Shown in pieces: positions 27,423 through 41,758 of a DNA stretch of 64,000 nucleotides. Position 1 is the stretch's first letter. Every line of letters begins with the position of its first letter. Where the stretch lies: contig OZ024751.1 of the NCBI GenBank assembly GCA_964016885.1, positions 43,524,001 to 43,588,000 of the forward strand, given 5' to 3'. The DNA comes from Eledone cirrhosa. Lineage: Eukaryota. A model generated the notes under the pieces. It had not been told where the DNA came from and searched no databases. It worked only from the letters and a program-made list of their open reading frames with translations. Both the position numbers and the translations under genes were made by a program.

Positions 27423-30400
27423 CATACATACATACACACACATACGAGGTTTCAAAAAATTAGACATCATTTAAGATGTAAATAACCTACAAAACTACCA
27501 ATACATATTGTGAATTCAGTGTTATAATGTTGACAAATTTTGAGGATAAATCTTATGCTGCTCAGTCTCATCCTAGACTTGTTTCTGGGACATTTACATC
27601 ACAAATGATATCTTAATTTTTTTGAAACACCATATATGTATGCATCTGTGTGTGTGTGTGTGTATATATGTGTACTTGTATATATGTATGTACATGTATT
27701 TATATCTATGTATGTGAAATGAATGGTTAGATTATAATTATAATTTATATCAAGTAAACATAGAAACATTTCTAAACCAATTCCAAAAGCTTGCTTCAGT
27801 TTTTCACAGTATTTTCGTTCATTCTGTAAACATGTCATGCACATTTAAACATTTTATTATTATTTTACACACACAAATATTACCGTTAATTTGGTAACAT
27901 GCCAATCACAGTACCAGTTCTGGATAGTGGTTATAATAGTAATAATAATGATAATATTAATAGTAGCAAAACAGTTGTAGTAAATCACAATAGTAGCAGC
28001 AGCAGAAAGAGGAGCCGAAGGTTAGCAAAGCAGCAGTGGTGGTGGGCAGTCATCAACAAGGGGGTCCAAGGATCAAGATTTTATGAGTGGCAGTAGTGAA
28101 GGGGAGGGAAAAAGGGGAGAAGAGGGATGAGCAAGAGCTGGTGTTGCTGCTACTTACATCCATGGTTCAGGAAGATAATGATTCATTGTTCTCACACTAC
28201 ACAACAACAAAATTCATTAGTCTTCCAGACCATGGGTGCCAAAGGTTAGTTACAAGCCAAATCCCATCACCAAAGTCTCATGCAGATCATCAACAATAGC
28301 CACCAGATGCCACCCAATGCTAACCAAGAAACCTAACCATCACACCCATTCAACTGGTACCATCAAAAAATTTAAATCTAAAAACTACTACTTTGTATGA
28401 AACAAGTAATTTACTACAACAATAATATCAGGTTTTACAAGAAACACTTATCCCCACCACCCCAGTTCACAGTTTTAACACAGTAACACAATGGACAAAG
28501 AAAAATCTACATTTTAATAAAATTTATTTCATTTATGTCAGTTATTCATTTTTAATTCGAGAAAAACATTTATGCTAAGAATTTAACCTAAAAAACCTTA
28601 AAACATTTATTTCTCCAACTGTATTGGAAAGTACATTTGTTTAAACAAAAGTCAATGTTTTTATTTTACATTTGATTAAAATAATCATTAATGATTATTA
28701 CATCTCATTTCTATTTAATTTTCTAAAAGGGGTTATGAAAAAGTTGGGGGGGTCAGAGAAATTAAAATCTAGGCATCTCTATAGCATATATTGTATATTA
28801 GCCACCTCACTACTTCATCCTGGGTGCAATGTTAACCCTTTAATGACCATATTTCTGATGAAATACACCCAATTTCAATCAATTAAGAATTTTGGAGAGC
28901 TTTACTAAAATTATTACTAAGGTAACTTAATATGGTTCTTATATAAAATGATGTTGGAAGATTTTAAGTGAAATCGAAACAAACCCTTTTAAAAATGAAT
29001 GATTTTGTTTCATAAAATGAGAGCCGGTTTTCATTGGGTTGGTATCAAAAGGGTTAAACTTAAGAGAACCAATAATTAGACACAGCTACAAATAGCAGAA
29101 ACCATTGTCTTGATAATAAATTATAGCAATAATGTAAAAACGTTGCTAAGATGGAGGAAATTAAGTGGCAACCATTCTATAGAAATATATAACAAATGCT
29201 TCTTCTTCGTGCACTGGATTTATATTTAGTAGTAGTAGTGATAATAGCAGATAGTTTTAGTGTCACTATAAGACAGGTTAGTACATGTGAGTTATGGAAA
29301 ATATACACACGATGGCTAATACACTCTCTAGTCAAGGCATTAGTTAGTGTCTCTTTTGTTTACAACCAATAATAATGCAATGCAATGAGGAAGATTAAAA
29401 AGGAGAGAAAGAGAGAAAGAGAGGATACAGGAAAGAAAGAAATGTTGAAATTCCTTTTAAAAGACCCAAAGTTATTTTACATCTGACATTCAACTAACCT
29501 GCTCTGCAGGAGAAACTGTGCAGCTTCAATTTGATCTTGAGTTCCTGTGATTGTAATTATCCGATCACTGGAACCAGGAAGGGCTTCATCTATAACCACT
29601 TGGGCTCCAGATTGACGTCGTACATCAGTAATGCGGGTCCCACATCTGCCAATAATGGCACCAGCAAGCTAAACGGGGGGACAAAAAGGTAGAAAAATAA
29701 AAAATAAAAAGGGAAGAAAAAAGTATATTTTATTAGAAGTCCACAACACAAAAAGGACATTAAATGTTAAAAATAAAAATATTAGCATGTTACCTTGTAA
29801 TTTAATAATGGTTTAATATAGGCACAAGGCCAACAATTTGAAGGGGAGGGGAAAGTCAAATCAATCACCAATATGTTACTGATATTTTATTTTATTAACC
29901 CTCAAAAAGATGAAAGGCAAAGCCTGCCGTGGCAGGATTTGAACTCAGAACGTAAAGGGTTATAACTATATGCCACAAAGCATATTGTCCAACACTCTAC
30001 CGATACTGCCAATCCATTGCTATAAACTCTTAAATGGATTAGCTATGCTGAAACCGAGAGAGTGAAACTTACCTCTTTGGGAATGGTCACTTGTGTGGTT
30101 GATGTCTGTTCCATACCAAACATCATTCCTTGGTTTCCCATGCCACCCTGAAAAGAAAGAAAAAAAATCATGAATACCTGAAAATATTCCAAACAAAGGA
30201 TCAGAAGAACTCATCAGTTATATCAGACTCAACAACCCTCCCTAGTGTTGGTGATTCTCCCAACAAACACATTCAGTACACACTGTAAAGTGGTTGATGA
30301 TAGGAAGGGTATATAGAAAACCTGCCAAACAAACTGTTGGGAAGAGGCTTCAGTTGTGTCAAAGACACAACCTCCCTAGTGTTGGGGATTTTCACGATAT

Positions 30401-32755
30401 ACACTCAGTACACACTGTAAGAATATCCAACAGCCAAAGGGTCAGGAGGATGCTTCAGTTATATCAAAGACACAACAACCACCTTAGTATTGGTGCCATG
30501 ATAAAATGCACTGAGAATGTAGGATCTTACGTAAGTAAGATGCAATCCCCTGGCCCATCTGGGATGTCAGTCACACCTCCGCTTGAGTACTGACTGTTTG
30601 TGAAGACCTGGCCAACTCTTGTTAGCAGGGAAAAAGGGGTTTTAAATGATTATTCCATTAGATATAGCCAAATAAACCAACAACTTACCATACTATCTTG
30701 GGCAAAGTTTTGCTGGCCACCATAGAAACCTTGACCACTGTTTCCTCTTGCAGGATTGCCAAACCTATCTACAAAACACAATAATAATAATTAATAATGA
30801 TTTCTTATTTTTATAAATAATAACAATAGATGTTTTAAGGGGATGTAGACAAGAAGTAAAGTTAAAAGAAATAAAATGAAATTTACACCTCAACATCCTG
30901 TAATGCGTTAGCAGAAAATATCTAAAAATGTGTAGATTCAAAAAGTGTATATCTTTACTAGTGGACAGATTAATGTTGCACATTTTCTCAATAAAATACA
31001 GAATTCAGTTTTTAAGGTGCTGTTGCCAGTGCTTTTATATATATTTTCAAAAATGCCTTGCTAATGTGGTTTCATGCATTACAGCACATTATGAGTTAAT
31101 GATACAGTCCTATCGTGGAAGGCAATATGTTGTTCAAGTACAATGCACTTCTCAGTTCCTGCCCAGGAATCAAACCTCCACCCAAACTATGTTTGTGAAA
31201 AGAATACCGAAACCACTAGGCCAAGTTTATCAAAAGTATGTCAAGCTTGAAAGAATTCATCAATGACTTACCTCCTCCACGCCCGGCACGAGCACCCATA
31301 CTGCCATTCATGGCATTCCTGAAATTAGTCAACATTTAGACATTAATATTAGAAATATATAACTAATTACTATTGAGAAAACCAACAAAAATAAATAACA
31401 TGTTCCTGATTTTTAGACAAAAATGCGAAGAACTAGAAATGAAATATGGCTACAATATGGAATGTTGTGAGAAAAGTGAGACTAAATAAAAGTATTTACC
31501 ATGCAGGAAGAAAGACAAAGACATAGAGAGGGTTGATGAATTAGATATAGATTTCAAAGAGAAATAATATATTTAGTAAATGTTAATGCCATCTGCTAGT
31601 GCAGGAAAAAATTAGACTATGTTTACCTTGGTGAGTGAGAGAGAGATCATTAGAATATAGTAATATAATATTGATTGATAGATTGATTTTAATTTGGAAT
31701 TATTAGAGTTCAGATAGTGAGGAAAGAAAACAATAAAACATTCTTCGTATATAACATTTAAATCCTGATTAAGGACCATCAGTGATACCTCTAGACAGAA
31801 ATTTGGGGAGAGCTAAAAAGGGGGAAGCTAAGCCTATATATATGCTAAAGCCTATATATATGCTATTTTTGTGCACATTTGCCTATGACAAATAAAAAAA
31901 AAAGGAAAGAAAAAAACAAACTTAATCCAGTTAGAACACTAATGGCCACCATCAACTAGTAAGTGCACAGCTTCGAGAGAAATTGGGCAAATACTGAATG
32001 AAAAGGCAGAAAATCAACAAGATTTCAAAATGAACCACTAAATAAATCATGTGATGAAAATTGGATTATTGAAAAAAAATTTTTTTTTCATTTGTTTTGT
32101 TTTAAATAACATTTGATTAGTTTGCAAGTTTCTTGTTTGTAGAATGAACTTGGCTACAGAATAATTTTGACAAAACTTACAAATGTTGAATATGAGGAAG
32201 AATCTAATGATGGTTGGGGGGCCCTCTCTAGAGGTATCTCTGCTGCACCACAGCACTAGTATAATAGAGTGAGTGTTATTACCTCATTCCTCCTCCTCCT
32301 CCTCCAAGTTCTTGCAGGCCATCATCTCTGCCCCCACTGCCACCGCCGCCACCACTGCCATAGGGGAGAGGAGGAACAGCACCCATGTTGTTTCTACCTC
32401 CAGTTAGGCTAGGTAGTCCACCCCTGCTCATGGAGCCAGACCCTCCCATGCCCATATCTCCCATTCCTCCAGCAGAACCTCTGAAATTTTCACAATTCAC
32501 ACTTATTTTACAGCAGAATCCAAACATTTCGAGTTCAAATTTTAAGGCATTTCAAAGCATGAAATAATAGAGAATGAAAAATCATTGTTTATATAAAATA
32601 AATTGCCAGAAATCAGTGGCCAAAAAACTAGATCACAACTACATATAAATACTATGTCATTAACTGATTATGTTACCTTAATAGACAGGTATGACACTTC
32701 ATTAATATTTAACTACAAAACATAGGGGAAAACAAAGCCTAATGTAAACAACAAC

Positions 32756-32786
<31 letters not shown>

Positions 32787-35700
32787 GGGGCCATTATAAT
32801 TTTTCATAGGGACATCTAGGAGAAGGTTGTAACATATAGTATTAATAACATATATAAATATATATATATATTTATCTTGAAGATATTTTGCATTAATTTA
32901 GAATGCAAACATCACCAATGGTAACGACTGAACTAATGGACATATATCTAAGGAAATCTTTCTGGTGAAAGGCTCACTTTACTAATTAGCTTTGCTTATA
33001 TCGCTACTCTCAGTTACACTAATGAAGTTACTCAGGTGTGATGAGGAAAATATATAAATAAAAAAATGAATAATAAAAATGATATAAAAATGACAATGAT
33101 GGGGAAACTTCAAATATCTGATGAGGGATATGAGATGAATGGAGAAAAAATATCTTTCAGACATTTTAACATGTTTATGGTCTAAGTAACTAAATGAAAT
33201 AAGGACAACAGAATAAACATCTCTTAATATTCCAGAAATGTGAATGGAGGATTATATTAACAAATAAGGAATCTTATGAATGCATTATATAATTTATTTT
33301 TCAAATGCAATGCTTAAAAAAAAAAAAAATCAAGTAAAAATGTAAGAAATTATGAAAACAGCCAATAGAGCCATTGTTAATTTACAGACTACTGCAAATA
33401 TTTTCAAACAAAATTTTATTTACTTTAATATTAAACTTATTGTATAAAGTGATGTAAAGTTGGTGAACTTACCGTCCTCTTATCTGTGGGCTCATCAATG
33501 GAGAGACACCTCCTCGTGGTGGTGGAGGTGGGGCACCCCTAGGTAGTTTACCACGGCCCCCCTCTGCAATGGTGTAACCACCATAGTCATGGGCGTAATA
33601 CTCATCATAGTTATGTGGATCATATGGCTGGTTCACTCCTTTCGGTGGTGCCTACAGAAAGAAAGTCCCATTACATACCAACTGATGCCTTGTTGATTCC
33701 TCTAGTTTACTTCAGAACAATGAATTATTAGAATTAAAGTTGATATATTACAGTTGATATATTACAGATGAACAGTTACACTACATTATATTAAAATATT
33801 GAAGAGAACAAGGAGAAAGAGAAGATAGGAAAGAAAACAAACAAAACAAAAATCCCCAACTTACCATTTCCAAAAGCTCATAAATAACATTAATGCAAGC
33901 TATGACCACAGGAGGCCTACCAGAAATGGCCACAACACGGTCAGTAGACTGGGCACAACATGTAGAGTACACCTTGATGTTAGCTCCAGTTTTCTAAAAC
34001 AAACAAAAACATTATATAAACCACACAATTACCATATATACTTAAATCCAAACCCTGTGTATAAGCAGAGGCACCTAATCAACACGTTTAAATGGTGTGG
34101 TTTTAAAATTCCCGTGTGAGAGTTGAATATTTTTTGATTTTTTAATATTTTGATATTCCAAAAACATAATCCTAGCGCAAGACAGAAAAATATCAAAAAG
34201 TTGTTTGGAGGTAATATTAACTTTAAACACCCTGTACTGATTTAGAAGTAAATATCTAAAAATACTTTAGTTAATTCATGTTGTGAAAAATTGAAATATT
34301 AAAATAAAGTCTTTAATTTTTTACGTGAATTAGTTAGTGTATTTTGTACTTTTTTTAAGAATTAAAAATAGAAAAAAAGAATGAAATATATAAATACCTC
34401 TCTCAACTCTTTGATCTTAAAACCAGCTCTACCAATAATGCAACCAGCCTGGCTCTGGTGAACCAATATTCTTATTTCACAGTCATACTCATCATTGGAG
34501 AACTGTTTGTACTGCAATTGAAAGCGACCCTTAGATTTTTATCTCAATGATGCAAGGAAAAGCCACAAATATACAAGTTTTTCAACAATAGAAACATGAA
34601 AAGTATACATACATCTTCAAGGGATGGTATGATGTCTGCCAAACAGTCCAACGCGGTATCTATGTCTGCACCAATTGTTAAAATTCTGTAAAATGCAAAA
34701 AGGATTTTAAATAATTATAGTTGTAGACAGTAATAATAGTAGTCAAGATGTCTTATTAAAAAAAATATATACCAATTTACTAGACTGGTATGCAGTTTAT
34801 TAACTAGTGTAATCCATTTGAATGTTCATATGGAATAATTTCTTTTTTTTTTTTTTTTTTTAATGTTAACTGCTGTAGTAATGTTGATGATATGCTGTGT
34901 AGTAGTTGAGTGAACTACACTTGCTCACTAGCTGAAATCTAGTTCTAACCTCTTGCAGCAGCTATATATTTTATCTAGGGACCTTGGAATTTATTCCTTA
35001 CAACACTGGTGCTATTGTTTTTTAACAAATATATATATGTATGTATATATATTATAGCTAGATTGATTGATATATATATATATAGAAACCACATGATGAT
35101 ATTTAAAACTGAGTTGAGTGAGAAATTATTCAGATGGTATATGAAACTAAATATTTAGTGGGGATGGTTAAGTGCAGAAGAAACCCAAAGCTTAGAATAA
35201 TGAATTAAATTACTAGAAAAATAATATTAGCTTGATAAGTGTTGAAGTATTCCTGTCTTAAGCCAATGAAGCAAGTTCCAATAATTTAATTATTAAATCT
35301 TAAAAGAAAAATATATTTATAAATTCATCAATTCTTTTTTTTTCTTTGTTTTTTTTTCTTTTTTGATATATAAATTAAAAATAGAATTAAGCAAGGGGAA
35401 CTTGGAGTATATATGAATTTAAATATTTAAGAAACTACGAATGAGATGAAACCACTAAATACCCAATGTGTTAGGCTGTTTTAACCCTTTCCCCGTTCAC
35501 TTTTAAGCAGAGATTTCCACGGATACAGAACTCAATGACTTAAGAATAAAAATAAATAACTATCTTTTTTACAATTCACAGAGCACATACAACTTTTCTT
35601 CAAGTGGCATCCACTAACTTGTTGGAGGATGAGAACAATAGCTGCTGGTTTTAACAGATATGTAAACACTTTTATGATATTTATAAAAAAAGAAACTGTC

Positions 35701-38700
35701 ATTGCTATTTGATTCTAAAACAATTACAATATGAATTGTATATAAAAATAAAAACAGTCAAGTTGTCGATCACTTAGTGAATTGCAGTAGAAGAAAATAG
35801 ATACCCATGATGAAAAAGCATATAAAAAAATTTAGAAGCTGTAACAGAGGATGAAGTACCCAATTTATATATGTGTGTTTGGTCGTTGACTGGGAACTGT
35901 GGGGAAAGATTTGAGCATTAAATAAATATATATAGATCTAGAAGTGGGTAGTGCAGATTCCAAGTTATTGAGCTCTGTATGTGGTATTTCCCAAGATCCT
36001 AACTAGCTAGCTAGCTACAGTTTATTGGGTACAAGAGAGAAAGAGAGAGAGAAAAAGAAATTTAGAGGGTGACAGAAGAGTGGGAAAATAAATTTAAATA
36101 AGAGAGAAAAAAATAGAACTAAAGAAGAGTGAATGACATCAGATAGTTTTGAAAGGGTGGGAAGAAAAATGTAGAAAAAAAAAAAACAGTGTGGAGAGAA
36201 AAAAGAACTTACAATGGGCTTTTAACATTATGAAACAGTTATTAATAAAATGTGTAGTAGTACAATGCAGTAGGGTGCATACCGTTCAGGGCCGGTGCAA
36301 TCGGGCACTGTAACACTTGCTTTGAACTGCATCATGGATGGACGGACGGACGGGCAGGGATGACGTTCCATGGGTCAGGGATATTCAGGGTCAACAGACG
36401 GGCCATTTGGTGGATATGGAAGGGCAAGAAGAATGGGGCAGGCAAGATATATATAACAAAGTATTACTACCAGAAATCTTCACAATGGGCAATAAAAAAG
36501 TTATATAAATGGAATCCATACATTCATTGAACAAGTCAACTTCAACGGGGCTGAAATTCTGTGGAATAAAAACTGGAGGCATTAGTTAAGACAAACTTGC
36601 AGTACTAATAAGATACTTGCAGGGAAAGTCTTTTGCGGTTTTTTCCCTATAATGTTTCTGACTAGTTCTCTTTCTCCTCGATTCAGTATTTCCCTTCTTA
36701 GAGACAGACAGGTTCCCGGGAATGGGTTAGAAAAGAGAAAGGAAGCTGCATTGTTCCTGAGAGAGAGAGAGGAAAAGGTGACATTTCCCCTACACAGATT
36801 ATCTTCACGATATATTAACTGCTGGCTGGTCAAATTACGCTGCAACTGATAAAAACAACAACAGTGCCAAGCCTTACATTTCAGATTGAGGGAACATCCC
36901 AGTCAACATTTAGAATTTAAAACTTTTTTTTTTTTAAAGATACATTTTTTTGTTCCATAGTAATAAAATATTTCTTGCATGCATGGTTATGTTCAAAGAA
37001 ATAATACCTAAAAGGAATAAAGAAGGAGAATTAGCCAAAGTTAAATGCACCTCCATCTTTTGTGCAAGATTGGGGGTGGGGTTAGTTTTTCTGAACCCCT
37101 TTACAACTTCTGCTTAAGGTTTCAGATAGTATTTGTAATAGCTATATATAAATATATATATAGGTATATATGGGTTCAGCGGCTATATTATATATACATG
37201 CACTGGAAGTCCAGTTTGGGAAATAAAGTTATCAAAAAGTTCAGGAGTAGATCATAATATAACATCTAACAGGAAATAAGTTAGAAAAAGAGAAAGAGAT
37301 AGGGGTAAAAAAAAATAATAATAATAATAATAAAAGACAGTTTTGGGGCTAGTTCTTTAGATTAAAATAATCTTGCATGCTTTGTATGAAAGATCAATTT
37401 GAAAATTCATTTATATTTTTTAGTCCAGACATCACAACAGAATTGCAGCCGTATGGAAAAAAATTGAAGAAAATAAAAACAAAGCAATGTCAAAGTTTCA
37501 AAATGAAATACAAAATGATCTAAGCTAGATTTTATTATATATAATAAAGATGTGACAAAAAAATACTTTATATATATGTATATATTATATATATAAATAT
37601 ATAATTTAGTCTTGAATATACAATATGGGAGTGTTTATATTCTCTTTTTAAATAAAATACAGAGTGAGAAAAGAAAATGATTCAGTCAAACGATAGTTGT
37701 TATGTAGGTATTTAACAACAGTCAGATTTTGTTGTTAGGTAAGGACTTAACGGTCAAATCTGACCAAGACATCTGATAGACTCCAGTTTTTCTTCTTCTA
37801 CAATGAAGCTGCAGATAGTTAATAATAAATTCTATTCATTTTCCCCAAGATGAAACGTTTACAACAAAATATAGATAGAATTACATAATTTTTATCGTAT
37901 ATTTTAAGACAAGATTTTAAAAAAAATATACCAGGTAACTATGGTATCACCCCACCCCCATGCCCACTCTTCAAGAGAATAATAATGGTTAGTGTCACTA
38001 CCATTCTAGGAAATAGTGGCACCAACAACTAAACAAGCAAAAATGTTTAAAATAAGAAAAAATAGAAAAACAAAGCCTATCTTGTCTTCATTATTACAAA
38101 ACATTAAAAGTAGAAATATACAAGAAAAATGGTAAAGAAAAAGTTCTTATTTAATCAACAGTACTCACATGTTCTCTTAGTCTTTTAATATTACTGCCAC
38201 CCTTGCCAATGATAGCTCCAGCATTCTGAAAGACATTCAAAACAGAAACTTTGACATAACTTGCATTCAACAAGTCTGTATGAAGAGATAATTTAACCCT
38301 TTCATTTTAACTCATATTTCCTATGAAAGAATCTGCGCTTATAAGTTTCAAATAATTAAGGATTTAGTAACATAACTAACTTTCTTTTTATTTATCTGGT
38401 GCTTAGATAATAGTTTAACAAAGGTTCTTCTTTAAAATTATGATGAAAGATTTTTAGATAAATAAAATCCCTAAAAAATAAAGTTTTGTGATATAGAACC
38501 AGAGCCAGCTTCGTGTTAGAGATTACATTACAGTAAATATTTAATGCAACTACCATTAAAAAAAATTCAAGCTTTTGTAAAATCAAATATATAAATAAAA
38601 TAATGCTTGTCCTAAGCCAGAAAGCTCATCTTGGTTTCATCGGTATTAAGCAACAGAGTACAACACACAAGAATTCTCTCCCTCCTGGTCAGGATGCCAG

Positions 38701-40312
38701 TCCATTGCAGGGCTAACTCCCAACTACAGCCAGTACTCATTTTCAACAGAGTTCTGGAACAATGTTGAAATAAAGAGTTTTGCTCAGGAACAATGTGCAA
38801 ACCAGTCCAGGAATCGAAACCATACCATTATGATCTTAAGTTCAACACCCTAGCCACTAGGCCACACCTTCACAAAAATTAGAACCATAGCATTAATACT
38901 ACACAAGATTGAACAATCACCACCATATTTTACAAATGAATTCATCCAAGTTTATTACTTATATATATATATATATATTTTCTTTTTACAAATATTGAGT
39001 AAATGTTCTATATAGTTCATTAAGAAAATATCAATACAATACAAACATTAATTAGATATAAAACCCCTCACTAAAATATGCATCCTAGCTACTTCCCACA
39101 CTCATAAATTTGGTGAGTGAAAACAGATTTTTTGACACTGGATTTTTTTGGGGGGTGAGGGGGATTTGATAGATATATGCAGTCACCCATGAACTTCAAA
39201 TTCAGAAAAACAAACATTAAAAAATATCTTAAAGCCACCTACTTTGCTCTGAAGTAAAATTCTTAACTCAATTTTTGGCCCACTGCCACGAGCTCTCTTC
39301 ATGGATGAGTCATCATCTTCTTGTTCTAGTGGCCGCTTCATTATGCCTGTTGAAAAATCAATAAAAAAAAAAAACAAAAGACAATCAATCTCATTTGTAC
39401 AAAAAAGGAAAAAAAAAAGGGTACAATTCCACTTTAAAAGTTGGGAGTCAATTTATAGAAGTTATAAATATTTCGTAACTAGCCACGCAAACGTGTGGAT
39501 CTAGTTTGACAAACAGTTTGCTAAATAAACCTGTGGAAATATGTAATTTATATATATTTTAAAAATAAAAACTGCCCACTGACTGTAGCAACCAACATTA
39601 AGGTAAAAAGGGGAAACTTAAAGGGAGGAAGAGCAATAACTGCAGACTGTATTATCAAAATGGTGAGGCAACAGGTTTTGTAAAGGGAGGAAGAGCAATG
39701 ACTGGAGGCTTTATTATCAAAGTGGTGGTAGTGGGCAATGTAGAAACGAGGGTACTGAAAGCTGTATTATCAAGGTGGTGTGGCAGAGGGAGGTTGTAAA
39801 GGGAGGCTGAACAATAACCTGAAGACTGTATAATCAAAGTGGTGTGGCAGCAGGCAACCAGCCAAAGTAAGAAAGTAAACTTGCATTAATCTATCATTGT
39901 GTGGAGGTGATGCAATGTGATAAATGGCTGCTAGACTTTATATATGACAGCTAAGTAGATAAATCAATGTAATGATACTAATTTTATGTGGAACATATTT
40001 ACTAAGAAACACAAAAGAGTGAATATTTAGTATATATAAAGCTGCCACAAGCAACTAAAATGGTTGGAATCAGATCGTGAATTCTCCTATAAAACATGCC
40101 AGCATGGAAAAACATATTCCAATCCAACCCAGGGCCTTTTCACTCCTGTTGGAAGAACCTCTCCTTGGTTGACCTCCACTTTGGTCTTGGTCATGTCATG
40201 GATGTAGCTGTACTCACATTTGACCAATTGTGGGTTGGTGAGGCTATTTAACCCATAGTAGGGGTGGATGGCTGTTGACTCTGAGGAGTTCATCTACTTT
40301 TGTTTTTGTGCT

Positions 40313-40348
<36 letters not shown>

Positions 40349-41707
40349 AAATGATAAATACTCACCAACAGAATAGTGATTATTATAGACACTATAAGAA
40401 TAGAGTGGGTTTAAGAAAAAATTCCTTTCACTTTCACTAAAAATTTAAAATGGTGATCCAATGATCACATATGGCAGAAGGAATAATTAGATTATAGTAA
40501 ACTCTTTTTAAAATAGAAAACTATAAAAATAAAATCATTGCTCTTTCTCTCCCCACAAAAGCTACAATCTGCCTGAGTTACCTAAAATATTTTCCTCGGA
40601 GAATATTAATGATCATAGTAGGCTGTGTGTGTGTGTTATTGAACATCAGCTCAGCTAACCTACACCTAGCAACCATATATAACAATCAAACTGCACACAC
40701 ACATGCGTGTATATTGCCATATTTTATAAATTACACACACATATATATACATTACACACAGACAGAATCTATTGATGCTGTATTTGCACAATAGCAGCAA
40801 AAGTCAATTTATCTGAATTTGTTACCCAATCAACACTGAATAATGCACAAAATGAATTCATTGTTTCAGAGATGCTATTAATTATTCCATTTTGAAAGGG
40901 CTGTGAACTGCAGGCATAGACATGTGTGAACCTCATATAGAAGAGCAACAATAGGATGGAAGTTGCTAGAATTAGAAGGCCTATATAACAATCAAATAAT
41001 TCTGAACCACCTTAAGTTAATAAGAAAAGAAGGTGAACACAAAGAATTGTATATCAGACACAAAAATTTAACCAACGGAACAAAAAAAAATTTTTTTTTT
41101 TGTCACCCAAAAATGAATGTTAATTCTATAACATGAATGTTAATTCTATAACATTAGCAAGGAGACCAGCAATTTGGAGGAAGAAGAAAGTTTATCATAT
41201 TGACCCTAGTGCTGTATTTTATCAACCCCAGGATGAAAGGTAAAGTTGATAGTGGCAAGATTTTAACTCAGAAAGTAGTAACTAAAAACTATAAAGCACT
41301 TTTGCCCAATGCTCTACCAATACTTCCAATCCACATCCCTCAAAAATATCAACCCTCACCAACGGAGGAAAGGTAGAAATATTATTATTATCAGTTATAT
41401 ATACTAAGAATAACTTATTGAACAAGAAATTTTAGGAATTTTCTTTTTGTCTCTACTAAACTTTTATATAATTAATTCCAATTTATCTGAGTTATATTAA
41501 TTGTAATATTAAACAATGTGGCAGGAAAATTAGATGGTGATGAATAGTGAACTAAATTATTAAACCATTGAAGGTTGAGAAGAAAGAAGAAAAAAAAAAA
41601 TATATTAAGATTTTTTTTTAAAAAGGCATCGCAAAGGGAATACATACCACAAGGTGACCCATTGGCCAAACTGGTCAATTAGAACACCATTAAGTTTCTA
41701 TTTCACG

Positions 41708-41758
<51 letters not shown>

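Noticed and set aside
29177-29213. Alternative last coding exon ([12 protein letters not shown])
   Set aside because: In phase, but the acceptor lacks a pyrimidine tract and the peptide is a poorer match than SVRKYSDKF.
40366-40391. 26-nt cryptic frameshifting microexon with a GTGAGT donor
   Set aside because: Splice-like sites of this quality occur by chance in AT-rich introns; no other support.
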